Shown here: piece by piece, positions 18,684 to 26,326 of the stretch
Layout of the letters: each line of letters begins with the position of its first letter
Numbering within the stretch: the stretch's first letter is position 1
The notes under the pieces: generated by a model
Database searches by the model: none
The model's input: the letters and a program-made list of their open reading frames with translations, nothing else
Told to the model about the DNA's origin: nothing
Program-made: the position numbers and the translations under genes
NCBI GenBank assembly: GCA_964648135.1
Contig: CAZYKN010000001.1
Location: 1-33,620 of the forward strand
Reading direction: 5' to 3'
Origin: an uncultured Flavobacteriaceae bacterium
GTDB lineage: Bacteria > Bacteroidota > Bacteroidia > Flavobacteriales > Flavobacteriaceae
DNA: 33,620 nt

Positions 18684-19646
18684 TTAAGCTGCTTCAAAAT
18701 CTTTTTTTAAGACTTTTCTAGCCAATGCCAATTCTTCTTTTGTAAAAGGTTTTGCATCAGATGCAGCTACTGCTCCTTTTAGTTCTTCAATATTTTTTGC
18801 TCCAGACAATACAGTTGAAACTCCTTTTTGATCTAATACCCATCGTAATGCTGCTTGTGGCATATTAGTAATGTCATTTCTTAATAAAAACTTAAATGCT
18901 TCCACTTGATCTATTCTTTCAGCTAATTCTTTACGAGAATAACGAGCGTTGAGCGTTCCTTTAGCAAAAATGGTATCTTTTGTAAAAACACCTGCTAAAA
19001 AACCATTAGCTAAACACTCTCTACCAAAAACACCTATTGGATATTCAGACAGTTCGTTAACTAAATTTTGTGCTTCTCTGTTCATTAAACTTAATACCAC
19101 TTGCACTACATCAATTTTATTTTCTTTTGCCCATTGTCTTGCCATATTTTCTGTTTGATTAAACATAGAAATAGAATGTGCTACAAAACGAACTTTTCCT
19201 TGTTTTTTTACTTGTTCGATACCTTCCCAAACATCATCGTTAATTTCGTCTGGAGAAAAAGGTGAATGAAAAAATAACACATCAATATAATCGGTTTGTA
19301 AGCGTTTTAAACTCTCTTCAACCGAATCAATAATTCTTGATTTGTAAAATAAAGATTTGCCTCCTTCAATACAAGGGTTTCTTCCAAATTTAGATGAAAT
19401 ATGAACTTTGTTTCTTCTGCCTTTTAAGGCTTTACCTAATACAATTTCGGCAACACCATCTTGTTTATCGGTACCGTATTGAGGTGCTGTATCGAATAAA
19501 TTAATTCCCATTTCAATACCTGCGTGAATGGTATTTATACCATCTTGCTCTGCAACGCCACCATAAACATTATTACCAAAAGCCCAAGTTCCTAAGCTAA
19601 TTTCACTAACTTCTAGGTTTGTTCTGCCTAATTTTCTATATTTCAT
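18684..19646 (-). CDS. Aldo/keto reductase, cytoplasmic, substrate unknown
   Basis: 320 aa. AKR signatures are MKYRKLGRTNLEVSEISLGTWAFG, DTAPQYG and LKRLQTDYIDVLFFHSP. The ATG overlaps the upstream stop (ATGA). Confidence 0.9.
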   Translation of the reverse strand: MKYRKLGRTNLEVSEISLGTWAFGNNVYGGVAEQDGINTIHAGIEMGINLFDTAPQYGTDKQDGVAEIVLGKALKGRRNKVHISSKFGRNPCIEGGKSLFYKSRIIDSVEESLKRLQTDYIDVLFFHSPFSPDEINDDVWEGIEQVKKQGKVRFVAHSISMFNQTENMARQWAKENKIDVVQVVLSLMNREAQNLVNELSEYPIGVFGRECLANGFLAGVFTKDTIFAKGTLNARYSRKELAERIDQVEAFKFLLRNDITNMPQAALRWVLDQKGVSTVLSGAKNIEELKGAVAASDAKPFTKEELALARKVLKKDFEAA

Positions 19647-20344
19647 TTAATAAATTGACTTTTTAAATTATTAATTCTCTCAGTTGCTACTTCTAAAAAT
19701 ATTTTTACGATTTTTTTACCTTGATAAAAAGTTGCTGTTCTTGGATCTTCGCCAGAAACGGCATGTTTTTCTAAAGTTATTTCTTTGTTTTTTGGTAAAC
19801 ATTCTAAATCTACTGTTGTTGGTTCGTAGTATAATTGTATTGCCGTTTCTCCAATTGCAGAATGATTTGCAACTAATAAATTGTCTGGCAAAATATCAAA
19901 TTCGGCTAAAGCCCAAAAATGAATTTTAGAGTATTTTTTATTAAACTTTATAGCGGTATCTCTAAGAATTTGTAGATGAGGCTCACCTGCGTGACCTGAA
20001 AGTAAAATAATGATTTTAAAATCTTGCAGTATTAATTGTTCAAAATATTCTTCACAAATTTGTTTGATAATTCCTTCAGAAAATTCAATAGAATGTTTAG
20101 GAAAATTAACACCTGGATAGGAACTAATTAAATTAGCTGCTAAACTAATTGGAGGCAATACTAAACCACCATTTTTTTTGGCTAAATCTACACATAAATG
20201 ATGTGCTTTATGTGTATCTAAACCAGTTGGATTATGATTACCATGATATTCAATTGCTCCCCAAGGCAAATAAGCGATTGGTGTTTTTTCTTGAATTGCT
20301 TCAATTTGAATTGGCCGCAATTTATCGTAGAATCCCCAATTCAT
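19643..20344 (-). CDS. Creatininase/MftE/ArfB-family metal-dependent amidohydrolase-fold protein, cytoplasmic, substrate unknown
   Basis: The ORF track opens at TTG 20353. The ATG at 20344 overlaps the dioxygenase stop (TAATG). Family motifs are LPWGAIEYHGNHNPTGLDT and LLSGHAGEPH. No signal peptide. Confidence 0.7.
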   Translation of the reverse strand: MNWGFYDKLRPIQIEAIQEKTPIAYLPWGAIEYHGNHNPTGLDTHKAHHLCVDLAKKNGGLVLPPISLAANLISSYPGVNFPKHSIEFSEGIIKQICEEYFEQLILQDFKIIILLSGHAGEPHLQILRDTAIKFNKKYSKIHFWALAEFDILPDNLLVANHSAIGETAIQLYYEPTTVDLECLPKNKEITLEKHAVSGEDPRTATFYQGKKIVKIFLEVATERINNLKSQFIK

Positions 20345-21168
20345 TAGTCCCAATTTTTATGATAAATTAATGGATTCTGTTCTTCCTTATTAAGCAAATC
20401 ACCTATTTTTAAGGTTTTGAAATAGTCATCTGACAGTACGTTTTGTTTTCCGTTAAAGGTACTACCATCTGGCATAAATGCACAGGTCATTGCGTTTCGA
20501 GTATATGGAGTCATATTTACACCTGCGGCATGAATACATAATCCGTTATGAAATGAACAACTTCCTGCTTTAATAATAGAAGGTACTGGTTTTATATTTT
20601 TATACTTAGGATAAGCATCAAAAATATCGCCCATGTTTGCACCAATTCCAGGTTCGATAAAATCGGTATCGTGATTAGATTCTGGCATAAAATATAAACA
20701 TCCGTTTTGAAGTGTTACATCTTCTAAAGCAATCCAAATACTTAATGCTTCTCTGTGAGAAAAAGACCAAAAAGGGGTGTCTAAATGCCAAGCAGTTGCA
20801 TTTGCCCATGGTTGTTTTATTAATGATTGGTCGTGCCAAACACGAATACCATCAACTTGAGCTAAATCTGCTGCCATTTTACCTATTCGTTTGTCTAAAA
20901 TTAAATCTTTTACTTTGTCATCTGTCATCCAAAGATTGATAATTTGTGTAAATACTTTTCCGAAATAATCGGCATTTTTATTTATACCATCATTTTCTCC
21001 TGATTTTATTTTAGAATGTGGAAATTTAGTACCGTTTCTATTCTTAACTGCTTTATCTATAGTGTTTTTCCAAATACTTACTTCTTCAGGGTTTAAAAAA
21101 TCATCTACAATTAAAAAACCATTTTTTCGATACGATGCAATTTGTTCTTGGGACAAAATAGAGTTCAT
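20344..21168 (-). CDS. PhyH-family Fe(II)/2-oxoglutarate-dependent dioxygenase, cytoplasmic, substrate unknown
   Basis: 274 aa. Motifs are GFLIVDDFL, an HxD in AWHLDTPFW, ALEDVTLQNGCLYFMPESNH, and a distal His plus Arg in FHNGLCIHAAGVNMTPYTRNA. No signal peptide. It is the first gene of the minus-strand operon. Confidence 0.8.
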   Translation of the reverse strand: MNSILSQEQIASYRKNGFLIVDDFLNPEEVSIWKNTIDKAVKNRNGTKFPHSKIKSGENDGINKNADYFGKVFTQIINLWMTDDKVKDLILDKRIGKMAADLAQVDGIRVWHDQSLIKQPWANATAWHLDTPFWSFSHREALSIWIALEDVTLQNGCLYFMPESNHDTDFIEPGIGANMGDIFDAYPKYKNIKPVPSIIKAGSCSFHNGLCIHAAGVNMTPYTRNAMTCAFMPDGSTFNGKQNVLSDDYFKTLKIGDLLNKEEQNPLIYHKNWD

Positions 21169-21259
21169 TCAACTTATTTTTTAAATTTATAAATATATTT
21201 TTTATGTTAATGTATTACAATACCAATACACAATGTTAAATAGATTTAAGAAAATAGTT

Positions 21260-21276
21260 ATCCTGTGCTATCCTGT
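21260..21276 (-). promoter_or_regulatory. Second copy of the shared element (minus strand ACAGGATAGCACAGGAT), upstream of the dioxygenase-to-GH88 operon
   Basis: Read directly. It differs from 404..420 at one position (A for G). It lies 91 nt upstream of the dioxygenase ATG and 12 nt downstream of the regulator stop. Confidence 0.4.
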
Positions 21277-21288
21277 GAGCGGGTTAAT

Positions 21289-22323
21289 TCACACTGAATT
21301 TCTATCAATAAAAGTAAAATTATTTTTAAATTTTCCTTTTTTATTTTGAAGTATCATTTCAGCAACCAATTTACCCATTTGCTTAAAATCGGTACACATT
21401 ACAGTAATACCTAAAAGATTTTTTAAAGGGGTTTCATTATAAGAAATAACACCAATTTCTTTACCTAATACTAAATTTTTTTTTCGTGTTTGTTTTACTA
21501 AAAACACCAAATCTGTTTCGTCAATTACTATAAAACATTCTGGCACTTCAAACTCCATATCTTTATAAATTTCGTCGATAACTTCAAAATTAAAAAAGTG
21601 CTCCACACAAAACTTTTTAAAACCTTGAATAATGGGTTTTGGATATGGGTATTCTGATTTTGTAGGATACACTAAAATTAACTTTTTATATTTTGATAAC
21701 TTATCAATTCCTTTATTTAAAGCATCATAAATGTCTAATTTAAAATCTTGATAAATATTGATATAATTACCAGATATTTGAGGAATTTCATTATCTAATA
21801 AAATTAACTTATCAATAGGTATTTTTTTTATAGCTTTTATAATTTCGTTATTTGTTGAAATATAATTTTTTTTATCATCTTTAAAATGACTCATTATAAT
21901 ATAGTAATCATAACCTCCAAGATGTTTATTAATAAGGTTTAAGAAAAGGGACTCGTCGCAATGATAAATAAATAAATTAATATGTGCATCCATTCCCATT
22001 GAATCTACAAATGCATTGTATAACCGCATTTTATATGAACTCAATTTATTAATTAAAAAGAAAATATTAACTTTTGATATTAATTCAGTTTTAGCAGTAT
22101 AAAATCCTTTTCCTTTTACAGAAACAATAATTTTTTTTTCTTTTAATTGCCGATATGCTTTTTCTACAGTATCTCTAGATAAATAACAATCCTCACTTAA
22201 TTCGTTAATAGAAGGTATTTTCTCACCAATTTTTAAAGAACCATTTGAAATTTTAGCAATAATGCCGTCTATAACTTGTTTGTATTTTGGCTTACTCGAC
22301 TTTTCGTTAATAATTAAAAACAT
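21289..22323 (-). CDS. AraR-like chimeric transcription regulator (GntR-type winged-HTH plus LacI/periplasmic-binding-protein-like sugar sensor)
   Basis: 344 aa. The N-terminal region has a GntR-type HTH (KYKQVIDGIIAKISNGSLKIGEKIPSINELSEDCYLSRDTVEKAYRQLKEKKII). The remaining ~250 aa have alternating beta-alpha character typical of PBP type-I sensor domains. It is divergent from rhaEW and co-directional with the degradative operon. Confidence 0.8.
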   Translation of the reverse strand: MFLIINEKSSKPKYKQVIDGIIAKISNGSLKIGEKIPSINELSEDCYLSRDTVEKAYRQLKEKKIIVSVKGKGFYTAKTELISKVNIFFLINKLSSYKMRLYNAFVDSMGMDAHINLFIYHCDESLFLNLINKHLGGYDYYIIMSHFKDDKKNYISTNNEIIKAIKKIPIDKLILLDNEIPQISGNYINIYQDFKLDIYDALNKGIDKLSKYKKLILVYPTKSEYPYPKPIIQGFKKFCVEHFFNFEVIDEIYKDMEFEVPECFIVIDETDLVFLVKQTRKKNLVLGKEIGVISYNETPLKNLLGITVMCTDFKQMGKLVAEMILQNKKGKFKNNFTFIDRNSV

Positions 22324-22373
22324 TTGTAAGTTATTTAAGTCAAAGGAAAATAAAATTTTTATTAATCAAAATA

Positions 22374-22381
22374 CAAAATTA
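22374..22381 (-). promoter_or_regulatory. Candidate -7 box TAATTTTG (TAnnTTTG) for the regulator gene
   Basis: The plus strand reads caaaatta. On the minus strand this is an exact consensus match, 50 nt upstream of the regulator ATG at 22323. Confidence 0.35.
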
Positions 22382-22797
22382 TACTATTTTTTTAACTGTT
22401 GTCCAATAAAACATAAAAAATAGTTATGATTTTTGTGAGTATAATCTGTTTTTTTCGCAAAAGTAACAAAGAACGCAAATTTTGGATAAAAAGTATAAAA
22501 ATATTTGGTTACTATCAACATTATTAATCAGTGTTAAATTTAAAACCATTTTTTGAGTTTTAAATCGTTTTTTTTGTAAAAACTATTATTTTTTAACACT
22601 AGTGTTTTTAATAGTATTTTTGTTAAATAATTTAATCATTTGACTTAAATTTTTAAAGACATTCAAAAGAATTATTATTTCTTCATAATAAAAAGGCTTA
22701 TAAAATTACCTATTTTATAGAAAAAACATCAATTATTAATACTTTTTTAATGGGACAATAGAGAGTTTTTTTTAACATAGATATTTATAAAAAATTT

Positions 22798-22814
22798 ATC
22801 AGACAGTACAGGAT
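22798..22814 (+). promoter_or_regulatory. Degenerate third copy of the shared element (ATCAGACAGTACAGGAT) upstream of rhaEW
   Basis: The proximal half ACAGGAT is exact and the distal half is degenerate. About 11-12 of 17 positions match the other two copies. It ends 56 nt upstream of the rhaEW ATG. Confidence 0.3.
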
Positions 22815-22870
22815 ACAATTTACAAGACTTACAATTAATTTTACTTTTTAATTTTTATAATAGACATTTA

Positions 22871-24973
22871 ATGATTACTGAAGTAAAAAAATTTAAATTT
22901 GTTGATAATTTATGGGATAATGCAAAAGCAAAATCCTTAGAAGGAGATGAAATTGCTTTATTACTATATCGCTCAAATCTTTTAGGAGCCGACTTGCGAA
23001 TTACAAATTATGGAGGAGGAAATACCAGTTGTAGAACCATAGAAAAAGACCCTTTAACAGGTAAAGAATCCGAAATAATGTACATTAAAGGTTCTGGTGG
23101 AGATATTGGTAGTTTAAAAAGAAATGGTCTTGCAGGGTTATATGTAGATAAGTTAAGAGCTTTAAAAAATGTATATCGTGGTTTAGAACACGAAGATGAA
23201 ATGGTTGGTTTATTTAATCATTGCATATACGATTTGAATAGCAAAACCCCATCAATAGATACTCCTCTTCATGGATTATTACCTTTTAAACATATTGACC
23301 ATTTGCATCCAGATGCTTTAATTGCTATTGCAGCAGCTGCAGATGGAGAGAAAATTACCAAACAAATCTGGGGAGAGACAATGGGTTGGATTCCTTGGCA
23401 AAGACCAGGTTTTGATTTAGGATTACAAATAGAAAAATGTTTAAAAGAAAAGCCAAATATTAGAGGGCTAATATTAGGTAGTCATGGTTTATTTACGTGG
23501 GGAAATACGGCTTATGAATGTTATATGAACAGTTTGGAAGTTATTGAAATGGCATCTGAATATATAGAAAATAAATTAGATAGAAAGAAAATATTTGGAG
23601 GTCAAAAATTAGAGAGCCTATCAAAAGAAAATAGAAAAAAGCAAGCAAGTTTAATTGCTCCTCTATTAAGAGGTTTATGTTCAGAAGATAAACAAATGAT
23701 AGGTCATTTTACAGATGATAATGTGGTGTTAGAATTTGCAAATAGCTATGATTTAAAGCGTTTAGCTCCTTTAGGAACTTCGTGTCCTGATCATTTTTTA
23801 AGAACTAAAATCCAACCTTTGGTTTTAGATATAGATTCTGAATCTGATTTAACAGATACAGCATTTATTTTAAAGCAATTAACACCTGCTTTTGAGCAAT
23901 ACCGTAAAGAATATCTAGCGTATTACAACAGTTGCAAAAAAGATAAAAGTCCTGCAATACGTGATGCTAATCCTATAGTGATTATTTTTCCAAGAATAGG
24001 AATGTTCACTTTTGCAAAAAACAAGCAAACAGCTCGTGTAGCAAGTGAGTTTTATATTAATGCAATAAATGTTATGCGTGGAGCAGAAGCTATTTCAACA
24101 TACACCTCTTTACCAAGACAAGAAGCATTTGATATTGAATATTGGTTATTAGAAGAAGCAAAACTACAAAGACAACCAAAAGAACAACCACTATCAAGAA
24201 AAGTAGCTATCGTAACAGGAGCAAGTGGTGGAATTGGTAAAGCAATTGCTGACAAACTTATTCAAGAAGGAGCAAATGTGGTTTTTACCGATTTAAAAGA
24301 AAAAACGCTAAGAGAAGCAACCAAAGAATACAATACAGACACTGCTACAACTTCCCTTTGTGATGTAACTAATGAGGATTCTATAAAAAAAGCCTATAAA
24401 AAGGCTTGTTTAGATTTTGGAGGAGTTGATATTGTAGTGCATTCTGCTGGTTTAGCAATTTCTAAACCTTTAGAAGATACCACCATAAAAGATTGGGATA
24501 TTTTGCAAAATGTTTTAGTAAAAGGACAATTTTTAATGGCTAAAGAAGGTGTTAACATTATGCGAAAACAAAATTTAGGTGGCAATATTGTGAATATTGC
24601 AAGTAAAAATGGGTTAGTATCTGGACCAAATAATATAGCTTACGGAACGGCTAAAGCAGCGCAGCAACATATGACTCGTTTATTAGCTGCCGAAGTTGCC
24701 AAAGATAATATTAGGGTGAATACCATAAATCCAGATGGCGTTATTGTAGGTTCTAAAATTTGGGAAGGAGCATGGGCAGAAGGAAGAGCAAAGGCAAATG
24801 GAATTACTGTTGAAGAATTGCCTGCATTTTACGCTAAAAGAAATCTTTTAAACCAAATAATTTTGCCAGAAGATATTGCTAACGCCGTATTTACAGTAGT
24901 AAGTATTTTAGATAAAAGTACTGGAAATACCATTAATGTAGATGGAGGAATGGCAAATGCTTTTGTAAGATAG
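22871..24973 (+). CDS. rhaEW: Bifunctional L-rhamnulose-1-phosphate aldolase / L-lactaldehyde dehydrogenase (class II aldolase domain plus SDR domain)
   Basis: 700 aa. An N-terminal aldolase/adducin-like domain is fused to a C-terminal SDR (VAIVTGASGGIGKAIA; YGTAKAAQQH). This architecture matches the characterised RhaEW fusion. It sits directly upstream of the rhamnose isomerase and kinase genes. Confidence 0.88.
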   Translation: MITEVKKFKFVDNLWDNAKAKSLEGDEIALLLYRSNLLGADLRITNYGGGNTSCRTIEKDPLTGKESEIMYIKGSGGDIGSLKRNGLAGLYVDKLRALKNVYRGLEHEDEMVGLFNHCIYDLNSKTPSIDTPLHGLLPFKHIDHLHPDALIAIAAAADGEKITKQIWGETMGWIPWQRPGFDLGLQIEKCLKEKPNIRGLILGSHGLFTWGNTAYECYMNSLEVIEMASEYIENKLDRKKIFGGQKLESLSKENRKKQASLIAPLLRGLCSEDKQMIGHFTDDNVVLEFANSYDLKRLAPLGTSCPDHFLRTKIQPLVLDIDSESDLTDTAFILKQLTPAFEQYRKEYLAYYNSCKKDKSPAIRDANPIVIIFPRIGMFTFAKNKQTARVASEFYINAINVMRGAEAISTYTSLPRQEAFDIEYWLLEEAKLQRQPKEQPLSRKVAIVTGASGGIGKAIADKLIQEGANVVFTDLKEKTLREATKEYNTDTATTSLCDVTNEDSIKKAYKKACLDFGGVDIVVHSAGLAISKPLEDTTIKDWDILQNVLVKGQFLMAKEGVNIMRKQNLGGNIVNIASKNGLVSGPNNIAYGTAKAAQQHMTRLLAAEVAKDNIRVNTINPDGVIVGSKIWEGAWAEGRAKANGITVEELPAFYAKRNLLNQIILPEDIANAVFTVVSILDKSTGNTINVDGGMANAFVR

Positions 24974-25044
24974 TTAAATAGTTAGTAGATGACAGTATTT
25001 AGTTAGCAATAACAAATACAAAACACAAAAATGAATATATAAAA

Positions 25045-26325
25045 ATGCAGTTAAAGAAACAACAAATAGCAGATTACAACAAGTCAAAAATAGCAAACCT
25101 TAATAATCAAACAGATTTTTTAGGAAACCTATTAGACAAAAAAGGATGTAATACCAATGCAATTATTCAAAAAATTGTAGATTTTCAAGTTGCTATACCA
25201 AGTTGGGCTTTAGGTGCTGGAGGCACACGTTTTGGACGTTTTTCTTATGGAGGAGAACCGTCTTCTTTAGAACAAAAAATAGAGGATATTGGTTTAATTC
25301 ATAAACTAACACAATCTGCAGGAGCAATTTCTTTACATATTCCTTGGGATATTCCAAAAGATTATAAAGCTATAAAAGAATTAGCAAATTCACATAATAT
25401 TTTATTTGATGCAGTAAATTCTAATACTTTTCAAGATCAAGCAAACGCAAAAGAAACTTATAAATATGGATCGCTTTCCAATATAAGCAAAGCGGTTCGC
25501 GATCAGGCAATTGCTCATAATAACCAAGTAATACAAATTGGAGAAAAATTAGGTTCTAAGAGCATTACTGTTTGGTTAGCTGATGGTTCAAATTTCCCAG
25601 GACAACAAAATTTTCAAACAGCATTACAAAACACACAACAATCCCTTCAAGAAATATATAAAACATTACCGAACGACTGGAGAATGTTTATTGAATACAA
25701 ACCCTATGAACCAAATTTTTACAGTACGGTAATTAGAGATTGGGGAACTTCACTAATGCTAGCTGAGGGATGCGGAGATAAAGCCTATACGTTAGTAGAT
25801 TTAGGACATCATCTACCAAACACTAATATTGAACAAATTGTTGCAACCTTAATGATGAAAGGTAAATTAGGAGGTTTTCATTTTAACGATAGCAAATATG
25901 GTGATGACGATTTAACCGTTGGATCAATAAAACCATACGCTTTGTTTCTTATTTTTAACGAATTAGTTTATGGAATGAGCAATAATAAAAATAATCCAGA
26001 TTTAGCTTGGATGATAGATGCAAGTCATAACATAAAAGACCCTTTAGAAGATTTATTACAATCAATAGATGCGATACTAATTGCTTATGCACAAGCACTT
26101 TTAATCAATCAAAATGAATTACGACAAGCACAGAAAGAAAATGATGTAACCAAATGTCAAGAAATTTTACAAGATGCGTATCGTACAGACGTACGTCCAT
26201 TAATTAAACAAGCAAGATTACAATCTGGAGGTGTTATTAATCCAATTGAGGCTTACCGTAATTTTAATGTAAGAAATCAGTTAATTAAAGAAAGAGGTTT
26301 AGATAATGTAGCAACAGGACTTTAA
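25045..26325 (+). CDS. rhaI: L-rhamnose isomerase (xylose-isomerase-like TIM barrel, Pseudomonas stutzeri/actinobacterial RhaI type)
   Basis: 426 aa. Motifs are IPSWALGAGGTRFGRF, DLGHHLPNTNIEQ and GGFHFNDSKYGDDDL. It is not the E. coli RhaA type. The operon context supports the call. Confidence 0.85.
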   Translation: MQLKKQQIADYNKSKIANLNNQTDFLGNLLDKKGCNTNAIIQKIVDFQVAIPSWALGAGGTRFGRFSYGGEPSSLEQKIEDIGLIHKLTQSAGAISLHIPWDIPKDYKAIKELANSHNILFDAVNSNTFQDQANAKETYKYGSLSNISKAVRDQAIAHNNQVIQIGEKLGSKSITVWLADGSNFPGQQNFQTALQNTQQSLQEIYKTLPNDWRMFIEYKPYEPNFYSTVIRDWGTSLMLAEGCGDKAYTLVDLGHHLPNTNIEQIVATLMMKGKLGGFHFNDSKYGDDDLTVGSIKPYALFLIFNELVYGMSNNKNNPDLAWMIDASHNIKDPLEDLLQSIDAILIAYAQALLINQNELRQAQKENDVTKCQEILQDAYRTDVRPLIKQARLQSGGVINPIEAYRNFNVRNQLIKERGLDNVATGL

Positions 26326-26326
26326 T

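Noticed and set aside
22334-22649. 11-nt inverted repeat tttaagtcaaa (22334..22344) / tttgacttaaa (22639..22649) bracketing about 300 nt of the long intergenic region, possibly a MITE-like relic
   Set aside because: My rough estimate is that one such 11-mer match in 547 nt of very AT-rich sequence is not far from chance expectation. There are no target-site duplications or further terminal similarity.
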